The notes under the pieces were generated by a model. The model made no database searches and was not told where the DNA came from. It saw only the letters and a program-made list of their open reading frames with translations. A DNA stretch of 64,000 nt from Octopus sinensis (lineage: Eukaryota). The stretch lies in contig NC_042998.1 in NCBI RefSeq assembly GCF_006345805.1, positions 178,746,001-178,810,000 of the forward strand. The letters are read 5' to 3'. This document shows positions 54,131 to 64,000 of the stretch, one piece after another. Position numbers and translations under genes: made by a program. Each line of letters begins with the position of its first letter. Within the stretch, counting starts at the first letter, position 1.

Positions 54131-54659
54131 TTAAAGGTTGGGATGGGCTGCACCTACCTACCTCAGTTGCTATGGCATTGAGGTAGATCTAGCCACACCC
54201 GTTAACATGATCTAAAACACTGAATGATGATGATGACGATAATGATGATGTTACATATACACAGAGAAAAACAAATGTGCAAATACCCAAGAACATACAG
54301 GAGCATGTCTTACATACACAAATATACACATATGTATTCTTTAACTCAGTAATGTTACAAATTTTTACCAATTTCTTCCAACACTTCAACATAAAGAACA
54401 TGTCCACTAACATTTATTTAATCTGTCGCCTCTTTCATCTATAAAGACAGACATTCACAGACAGCGCAAATAATTTAATTAAAAATAGATGACATTTCTA
54501 TTCAATAAAGGAATAGATTAGAATTAAGATGAGGACTAGCTGGCTAGAGAACATCCGGTTTCACAATTCATACATCCATAATTTGATATCCATAATTTAC
54601 ATGTACCACTTCATCGTACTGTTTTTTTTTTGTGTTTGTTCTTCATTTTGGGGGATTTA

Positions 54660-54760
54660 CTAAATATATATATTATATAAATATAATATAAATATAAATA
54701 TATATAAATATATATATAAATATATATAAATATAAATATAAATATAAATATAATATATAA

Positions 54761-54793
<33 letters not shown>

Positions 54794-54870
54794 AATATAA
54801 ATATATATATATAAATATAAATATATATATATAAATATAAATATATATAAATATATATATAAATATAAAT
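54660..54870. repeat. (TAAATA)/(TA) microsatellite
   Basis: Pure A/T repeat run. Confidence 0.9.
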
Positions 54871-54903
54871 ATCTGTAAATTAATATGTTATCATTATACA
54901 ATA

Positions 54904-54973
54904 GCCAAGATAAAACTCTGAGTTTCAGATGCCGAAGTGGAAATCCACAACGCCATCTCTTCGGTTATCTGGC
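54904..54973 (-). ncRNA. Type I hammerhead-like motif (family D)
   Basis: Minus strand: stem I gccagataa/ttatcttggc; core CCGAAGA (U4C); stem II gatg..catc with apical gtgg-attt-ccac; GAAA; stem III ACU-cag-AGU; cleavage triplet GUU. Confidence 0.5.
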
Positions 54974-55377
54974 CATCTGAAAAAAACGCTATGAAAAAAT
55001 ACCGTTATTCAAAAGGAAATTACTGTGTTATAATTCCACTACTTATATAAATTAAGGTTAAAAGTTCATAGTAAACACGTAAGCATGGCTACTCATATGC
55101 TCACATGTGTGCTCGCACATCCACGTGCGTACGTATGTCACTATGAAAACGTACACATCTTCACTCGCATTTTTCGCCAAATGTATACGCATATATATAC
55201 AAAGGTTCATACATACGTCTATATACGCACAAGCACAAGCGTATATATTTGGTAGAATAATGACACGTGTTTCGTGGCTATATTTAAGAAATGATTTAGT
55301 ATTTCTAAATTGAATTTTTCCCTGTAAGTTTGGAATTATATTCCCTCATATTATTATTATATATATATATATATATA

Positions 55378-55981
55378 TACTAGCAGTATTGCCTGGCTCA
55401 ACGGGGATTTCAGGGGAGAGTTTCAGGGAGTCGCTGGTGATGCATCGTGATGATCAAAAATCCGGCCTGCTAAAATTTAGTTAAAGTGATTTAAACTGCA
55501 GACTCAATGCAAAATGGTCACATTTAATTCAAAGCGTTAAAAATGTTATGAAAACAATTGGTATGTGTTCACAAAGTCCAAACGATTAACATGAAAAAAC
55601 CCTCCAGGCTACATCCCAAAAATTCATTTCTTTGCCGAATTTCTACAATGTTTACGGTGATTCATTTTTATATCTTGAATTTTTATTTTTCATGCAATTT
55701 ACGCATGCTTGCACGCTTGAACACAATTCACGTCAAAGAGCTGACTGAGTAAAGTTCACTATTCAATGCATGGGATAAGGCCTAAACAAACACATTATCA
55801 ATTTTTGCACTTGCGAGATGAATTTCGGAACAGAAATAGCGCAGTTCAATTTTCATTCGCCTAAACCTTAAGTGACCATTTTTGGTGGTTCTACGACTTG
55901 TTGGCTAGGAGGAGATGTGCCGGGAAGTTAAACACACAGACACACAGATACACACACAAGTTGAGTTTTATATATATAGAT
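55378..55981 (+). mobile_element. Helentron/DINE-1-like element, second family
   Basis: Starts tactagcagtattgcctgg and ends cacacagacacacagatacacacacaagttgagttttatatatatagat, inserted in (TA)n. Confidence 0.55.
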
Positions 55982-55985
55982 ATAT

Positions 55986-56427
55986 ATGTGAAGTATATTT
56001 TCCACTTAAATGTGGCTAACCACTAAGGGTGGATGCTACTGTAGCTTGTAGCCCCAGGAGAACATCTCCAGCTGGCTATTGACACACTTTCTGTGCCCTA
56101 TCAGTATCTGCAAAGGGAAGCCATCCTTCCCATCATTGACCTGACATGATATGCACAGACCCGGATATATGTATTTGCATTGGGACCCCTTCGCAATGAA
56201 GACTGGTGATTGTCGTGCGCTGATAACAAGTAAATACCCAGAAACCCGGGTCCGTGCATATCACCTCAGGTCAACAATGGGAAGGATGGCTTCCCTTTAT
56301 AGATACTGATAGGGCACAGAAAGTGTGTCAATAGCCAGCTGGAGAAGATGTTCTCCTGGGGCTACAAGCTACAGTAGCATCCACCCTTAATGGTTAGCCA
56401 CATTTAAGTGGCAAATATACTTCACAT
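55986..56427. repeat. Fold-back element with about 180-bp inverted arms and an 80-bp spacer
   Basis: atgtgaagtatattt...gcacagacccgg is mirrored by ccgggtccgtgc...aaatatacttcacat. Confidence 0.9.
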
Positions 56428-57584
56428 TGTCATGCAGCTACTGTTTATATCTCATTCAGATCATGCTCGAATGGTGTTTTTTACGCGCCACCAGTACGGA
56501 ATCCAGTTAGTTGCTCTGGCAACAATAACACTTGGATGGTGCTCTTAGCGCTCCACTAGCATGGATGCCAGTCATCGAATTTGATTTTGATTTCAATAAA
56601 CATATATACATACACACACATATATATAAACATATACATACACACACACACACACACACATATATATATCTCATATATATACACACACACATGCATGCAT
56701 GCATGCATACACACACACACACACACACACAGTAGAAAGAGGCAAAGAGAGCAAGAAAGAGAAAACTAAAATATTCAATAAAGCCAGATAAAAAATGTGA
56801 TAGAAATAATAGAACTGTTGTGAAAGCCATGAAAAATTAATTTGTTAAACAGTAGATTGGGAAGTATCTTTATGTCAAGATCTTGTTTTGGTGTGAAAAA
56901 AATATATGTGCAGCTACTTAAGAAGGGAAAAGAATGAAATATGCCAGAGAAACTGCATTAACAATTTCCTTTCTTTTCCCATATTCTCTCTTCTAAGAAT
57001 CACATTTTCCCCTCCCCTTGTTTTTATTCTGTCCACTCACTCTTTATTTCTTTTGTTTCTGCATTTTTAGTCTTTGAAAATTTCTTTTCAAATTTCCAAT
57101 CACTCTTCCTATTCTGCCCCAACCCACACTTCTGACATACATAATGTCAGAAAGTAATATTTCTATAGAAGATATACACCCATAAAAATAATGTAATTCT
57201 ACCAACAACAACTTAAAATTTCAGCCAATGGCGAGAATATACTGAAAGAAGGATGTACATAGACTAGCTAGTCACATAGAATTCTAACAGGAGTTGAGCA
57301 TATGACTGCTGTTTTCAAAGGAACACTAGTATATAGAGTACAAATCTGAAGGAACAATGAAAAGTAGACGGAGGGTAAGTGTCAAGTGAGTGGACTTAGT
57401 GGGAAGAAGGAAGTTGGTGAGTGAAATTAATGAAATGTCAGTGAGATTGATTACACCTGTACCACTTTTTCACAGGTGGTTGTTGAGTCTCATATAGGGC
57501 AATGGTATGTAACCGGAGACTTCTGGTGACTTCCTATGCTTGAGAAGACATGTCAAGCTAAGGGAGATTGTGCTTATGACCAGT

Positions 57585-57925
57585 GCTGGTGACACATATA
57601 AGACACCCATGCCAGTGACAAGTAAAAGGCACCTGTACCAGTGACATATAAAACGTGCCCACACCAATGAAACATAAAAGTACCCATGCCAGTTATATAT
57701 AAAAGAGCACTCATGCCAATGACACATAAAAGGGCACTTGTACCTGTGACACATAAAAGGGCACTCATACTGGTGTCCCATAAAAGGGCACCTGTGCTAG
57801 TGACACATAAAAGACAGGCATGCAAATCAAAACAGACAACTGCAGTCTGGTGCAGCTGTCCAGCTTACCAGCTCTGGTCAAACTGTCTAAACCATATTAG
57901 CATGGAAAACGATGATGATGATGAT
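57585..57925 (+). repeat. Roughly 29-bp minisatellite within an old (GAT)n-tailed repeat
   Basis: About eight units of ccagtgacacataaaagggcacc(c/t)(a/g)tg followed by a degenerate family tail. Confidence 0.75.
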
Positions 57926-57974
57926 ACACACACACACACACACATACATCTTAGCAGTCGTTGCAGCAAAACAC

Positions 57975-58340
57975 ATTTTTTTCTCTCTGCCCTAAGGCAT
58001 TTTTCTAACACGCCAGCTCAAAGTTTACTCGTCCTGTCGAAAGACGCCTGTCTGTGATGTCCTGTTTTTTGTTATTATTATCATTTTTACGTATTTTTGT
58101 ATTCTTATTTGTGTAACCTCGTTCGTTTTTCCATCCTTGTTTTGTATACATTCGAGGCTTTCTTCCAAGGAATCTAATGCGCTTGGCTTAGATTTTCCTT
58201 TGGGGCTGGCCAGATCGGAGCAAGATTAATCAGCCGAAATTGTGAGGATGATCTGGTTCTTGACTGAAGATTGAAGGCTTCGAATGTCTCATCCGTGTTT
58301 TTTGTATCGTCTTCTAAATGTTTTGCGTTCTTGTCCCATA
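57975..58340 (+). repeat. Repeat family E; second copy at 6620-7040
   Basis: Matches the reverse complement of 6620-7040. Confidence 0.7.
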
Positions 58341-58491
58341 TATATATGATGAACGGCAACGAGAAACTCAGAGTAACAGATTTTGTTGAATTTTCTGCTG
58401 CTTAAAATAAAGCATATTACTCTACCACTGGTATTTGAGTACTCTTTTTTCCACCTTGTTTCACATTTATGTGTTTACTCCGGTATATATA

Positions 58492-58524
<33 letters not shown>

Positions 58525-59339
58525 CAGTATATATGTATATATATATATGTATATATATAACAGAAAGCTTAGCTGTCACTCACAAGTGATTATGACCTGG
58601 TAGCTTCCACCACACTTTCATTAATTGTTTTAGGTAGGTATTTATGAAGTTGAAAGCAAATACAGACATCTTGACACATTCACTTTTGACCCAGTGGAAC
58701 ATGAAGGATGTGACAGCTAGAAGTGAAGTAGGCAGCACCAGCAACTGAAATGATGAGCCTTGCTCAAGAACACAATGCACTACTTGATCCAGAAATCAAA
58801 CCCATGATCATATGATTGTAATCCTAACACCCTAATCACAAAGCTATGCCCCTTCACACACACATACACATACACACATACATCTGTGATGCAGGTTTTT
58901 TAAACAGTAGAGTGTTTAATTGTTGTTTGAATGTCTTGGTGGCTAGTCTATGCCTATCTCAAAGTTATGCCATGCTTCTCTAAAAGGGTATGGTCTTCAG
59001 AATTCCAAATATTTGTAACAGCTAATCCTAACTCTATATGAAGAAAAGTGTATTTTTAATACTATATAGTGGTGTTCAATTTAGGAATGTGCACAGCTAT
59101 CAATGTCATAGTCTGGTACTAGTCCCTCTGAGATCTATCACATATATATAACTGCATACATTTTTCATGTTCAGTCTAGGAAAGGGAGTGTTAATTGCTT
59201 TCAGCATTTTTTAGTAATTTTTCAGAAACAGAACAATCTTCTTGATTTTTGAAAGTGTTTAATTATTTCAAGTTCTGCTTTCAACTCAATACTATAAGAC
59301 AATATTGTCAAGGAGCACAAATCCAGACAACTAAGTATA

Positions 59340-59995
59340 ACAAAGTAATAGCATGTTGTCAAATTAATGTGACAGTCCCATAAAAGGTAAAAATGCTACT
59401 GTTATTTAACCCTAGGAAACACCGTTTTCTGTTGGACTTGACACATTTCCTGTGTCCTGATGCTTTCAAAGTGGAGACAAGCATCTCCACCCAGCAAAGC
59501 CAGCATCCAGAGACTAGTTTCAGAGTCATCGCTCATCATCAGTCTGGAGTAGCATGGTTTGCTAGATTTATTCTTTATTACGAGCACATTGGCAGTTGCA
59601 GCATGATAAAGTGATAGCATATTGTCAACTTAATGTGACAATCCCATAAAAGGGAAGAATGCTACTGTTATTTAACCCCAGGAAACACCGTTTTCTGTTG
59701 AACTTGACACATTTTCTGTGTCCTTATGTTTTCAAAATGGAGACAAGCATCTCCACCCAGCAAAGCCAGCATCCAGATGATGAGCAATTACTCTGAAACT
59801 AGTCTCTGTATGCTGGCTTTGCTGGGTGGAGATGTACAGTGGTATCAAATCCACTGTCCAGATAAACGGTTACCTGTTGGAGCCGTTTTCAATCAAGTGC
59901 TGTACCATCAATATGTGGCACTTATTGTCTTAATAAAAAAATTCAGCTAGCAAGCCATGCTACTCCAGACAATGACTCTGAAACTAGTCTCTGGA
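59340..59995. repeat. Local direct plus inverted duplication
   Basis: Unit at 59348 repeats at 59614-59777, then two inverted pieces at 59778-59834 and 59946-59995. Confidence 0.85.
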
Positions 59996-60661
59996 TATGT
60001 GTGTGTGTGTGTATGTGTGTGTGCATGGATCCAAGAATGGCTGAGTGACTAAGAAGCTTGCTTCACAATCATGAGATTCTGGGTTTGATCCTACTGTATA
60101 CCATCTTCAAACAATCATCTTTCACCATAGTTTTAGTTGAACTCAAGCCATGTAAGTGAAACTTGTTAGATAGAAACTGTGGAAAGCCATTGGATTGTAC
60201 AAGCAATTCAAATGTCTGGCATTGTCACATATTGTGTTGTACTGATTGGGCTTGGAAATAACATTAAGGCTACAAATGTTTGTGGAATATTCATCCACTT
60301 TTATATTAATTTAACAAGTAGTTCAAGTATGCTCGTCAAAACTAATGAAGGTTCCATCCTCAACAATTATGAGAGAGAGAGAGAGAGAGTGAGAGAGAGA
60401 GAGAGAGAGAGTGAGAGAGAGAGAGAGAAAGAGTGTGTGTGTGTGTGTGTGAAAATATATTTGTGATGATGGTACTGACATGATTTTAGATATTACAACT
60501 GTTGTTGTTGATGATCATGATGATAACCATCATGATGATCTTTATTAAGAAAATTGCCAATGACAATGTGTCAGTTATTTTCATGACCGTGATTGCATTC
60601 TCTAACATATAGTGGTAAACAGAACAAAAATACAATTAAAAAGGAAACAAACAAGCAAATA

Positions 60662-61192
60662 TTGGGTTGTCCGGAAAGTTCGTGCCAATTTATAGTAGCT
60701 TACCTTTCGACTTATTTTAGAACAAGGTTGAGTCCATAAAATAGGATTTAACTACACTTCCATTTAGAGCACAATTTAAGCTATCTTTCGTGGAAGAAGG
60801 TCTATGTTCCTATAACCTGTGTTAATTTTGTAACCCTTTAAAATGGAAGAAAAGAGAGTTCATTTTTGGCACTTGATGCTTTGGGAACCAGACAAAAATT
60901 GCTGCAGCTCAGCTGGGATGTGTTACCTCACCCTCCATATTCAACAGATATTGCTCCTTCAGATTTCCACTTATTCAGGTATCTGCAGAATAGACTTAAC
61001 AGTAAAAATGTTGATTCCTTGGATGAGGTAAAAAGATACCTTGATGAATTCTTTGCCATGAAACCACCTCAATTCTGGGAAGAGGGTATTTTCAGGTTAA
61101 AGGAAAGATGGTTGATTAAAAATGCAATGGCAAGTATTTATTGACCTTTTTCTTTCCTTTAAAAATCAGCACGAACTTTCCGGACAACCCAA
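60662..61192 (+). mobile_element. Internally deleted mariner element
   Basis: 30-bp TIRs ttgggttgtccggaaagttcgtgc(ca/tg)attt, TA duplications at 60660-60661 and 61193-61194. The N-terminus MEEKRVHFWHLMLWE is joined to the C-terminal LSWDVLPHPPYSTDIAPSDFHLFRYLQN. Confidence 0.93.
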
Positions 61193-62289
61193 TAACTAAT
61201 AAAACCAAGAACTAACAGTGCAAATACTAAAATTCAAACCACTCCTCACCCAACATAGCTCTTGGATAGACAAAGAATAGAAACACTGAAATTACTTACA
61301 TTCGTCTCAAAACTAGGTTCACTGTCTTTCACTAGGGCTTGACATGCCAACACATTTACTTCATTTGCATCCATAGTGGCTATTAATTGGTCTCTGCACT
61401 TAAGATGTTTGCTTACATTTGAATGTGTGTATAATTATATGTAGCTCTCTTCCTCTTTCTGTTTAAACGTACACACATATATATATCCTGAAAATAATAC
61501 AGTATGTCATAAAAAAATCTATCATAATTTGTTACTGAAATTTAGAACATTAATTTTTTTTTAAATTGCATTTGAAGCAAAAGAACAGAAGAAAATATCA
61601 ATATACAGAAGTAACAACACTAAATTAATTATAATATGTATCTTTTATAAACTAACAAAAATGTAAACCTCTTCTGACGTAGAGATGCGATAAACTGAAA
61701 ATTTTTTTATGTATAGGTTTGAATTAGCTGGCAACACATACAAAAGAAACTAACAAATTTCAAAACATTAATAAAAGCAAGATTTGCATAAATACATTAC
61801 AGATCATGCTTATAGAAATATTCATGTTCCAAAAGTGAAATTCAATTTGTAGAAATAGTATTATGCACATGATCCTTTGGAGTAAGCAATATGGTTAGAG
61901 TAGACAATATCATTGAGTAAACTGAAAAGGAAATGATGTACATCATACAAGAAACTAGAGGAAAATATGATATAGCAAACTGATTTCTTGTTCAGCCTAA
62001 ATGTATTTTCTTAATTTAAGACTACCTGTAAGAGTTTAGGATCTTTTCACTTTGAACAGCAGATCGAGAAATTAATTTTTTGTAACCTAGTAGCTGAAAA
62101 ATCTCTATTTAAGGACAGTAACAACTTTAAGGGATATGAGGTTAATAGTTAAGGATAACAAAGTAAGAAAACAAAATAAGAATTTATAGAAAATGATAAG
62201 AAATATAACTTGCATTTAAAGCGACAGGGTATTGAAATTTGATTTTATTATATATAATTTGATTTTATATATAATACTAGAGGGTAAGT

Positions 62290-62753
62290 TTGATCTGGTA
62301 TAACATTCCCTTCAACTGTGCCATATCCACAAACATATATAAGAAATTTATGGCAATTTTAGAAAAAAAATTCTCTGCTTCCCATAGATACAACAAAATT
62401 TTTCCCCGTAAGACAGTTAGAATCTCATATTCTACCCTCCCAAATATGGTTACCATCATAGCAAGGTTAAATAGAAAGTATATAAAATTGGCAAGAGGTG
62501 TTAATAATAATAATATTACTGTCAACACTAGCTTAAACTTCTACAATGAAAATAATATTAATGGTCATGTAGGAATTAGAAACAGCAGTACTAACATATC
62601 TAATATATACAATATAGACTGAACTCCAAGATTTATACTAGCACAGAGACTACTGACATGCTGAGATGAATTTGAATACTACAGTTGAAGGAAGTATAAA
62701 TAATAACAGAAATAAAAATAATACATACGATAGTAGTAGTAGGATTAATAATA

Positions 62754-62794
<41 letters not shown>

Positions 62795-63240
62795 GGAATA
62801 TCATTAATATTAATAGCAGTAATTGTCCTGGTTGCAATTGTAGAGTTAAATCCCACTGTCTGTTATTAAGCCGATGTCTAATCCAAAACATAATTTATAA
62901 ATGTACAGTCATAACTGGGGCTTGTAATTTTATATATATAGGATGTTCGATAAATATGAAAAACGTATCAATAACCATTTTTCATCTTTTAGACTCAAAC
63001 ATAAAGCCAATTATACATCCTTATCTAGCAAGATTTGGGAACTGAAGGAAAGCGGGATCAGATTTAGCTTTAAATGGGATTAGAATATGGAAAGCGTAGT
63101 CTTATAAAGATAATCGATAAGGGTGTGAGTTGTACTCTATGAAAACTTATGAGATTTTTAAGTATAGTGACAAGAACAACCTGATTAATAATAGATTAGA
63201 CCTAAGGGTATCACGCGTACATAGCGTCACCTGTACATTT
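62290..63240 (+). mobile_element. Penelope-like element remnant: post-RT linker and GIY-YIG endonuclease
   Basis: IWYNIPFN...KIFPRKTVRISYSTLPNM, then CNCRVKSHC...NIIYKC...FIYIGCS and, after a frameshift, KRINNHFSSFR...LSSKIWELKE...FKW. Stops and frameshifts are present. Confidence 0.85.
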
Positions 63241-64000
63241 AAGTAATAGGTGCCATACTTGAACTTTGATGGTGAAAATTAATTTTGATGTCGTATCTGT
63301 TGTAAACTTGCCCTCTAGTATTATATATAATAAAATCGTGGGATATTGAGTTATATGGTTAATTAAATTGCGTTGCATATGTTATAAGATATATGTTATG
63401 GTATGTGGTATGCTATATGTAATTACTATCCCATGAAAACTCCTACCTAGTTAGTCTGACTTTATCATGATTTTTGGTGATTAAACTATTTGTTCCTTTC
63501 TATGATGTTCTACCCTACTGATCATATTATGTATATTTGTAATGGCTTTTATGTAAATCTCCTAATTATATACCCTCTAGAAACTATAAAATCATATATG
63601 TAATAGTACCTGTAACATTGCAACTTATAAAATCTCTTCGGTCGGAATACCTCCAACTGCCCTCGCTACTTCCAAGGTTACCTTTATCTCTTCCCTACCT
63701 CAAATTTTAGTACCCAGTCGCTTTAAATGTAAGTTATATATAATTCTTATAATTTTCTATAAATTCTTATTATTTTGTTTCCTTACTTTGATATCCTTAC
63801 CAGTTAACCTCATATCCCTTAAAGTTGTTACTGTTCTTAAATAGAGATTTTTCAGCTACTAGATCTATGCAAGATGGTTATACTATATCTATATAAACGT
63901 ATAAATATTTGTATACATGTATATATGCATATATGCGCATAACCTATTAACCTCATATCCATTATAAATTGTTATCTTTCTTGTTCATAATTAGATACGT

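Overview
AT-rich, repeat-dense animal genomic DNA, most likely an octopus or other coleoid cephalopod. That assignment is inferred from the (TA)n/(CA)n load and the repeat families, not proven. The only host gene I can support is the 5' part of a minus-strand SLC23 (nucleobase-ascorbate transporter) gene. It has three coding exons (15372-15530, 6438-6595, 5170-5255) with canonical, phase-compatible GT-AG junctions and runs off the left edge of the window. The rest is a mosaic of RTE-clade LINEs and their (GAT)n-tailed 3' fragments, tRNA-derived SINEs, mariner and piggyBac-type MITEs, Helentron-like elements, a Dong/R4 3' end, a Penelope (GIY-YIG) remnant and microsatellites. The most interesting signal is a set of type I hammerhead-ribozyme motifs in at least four unrelated short repeat families (8.6, 20.7/21.1, 26.3, 48.2 and 54.9 kb). 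Two of these sit as head-to-head palindromes, and one family joins a tRNA-like Pol III head to a hammerhead tail, suggesting Penelope-mobilised, ribozyme-bearing SINE or retrozyme-like elements. All structures were read by eye; no folding or database search was run.
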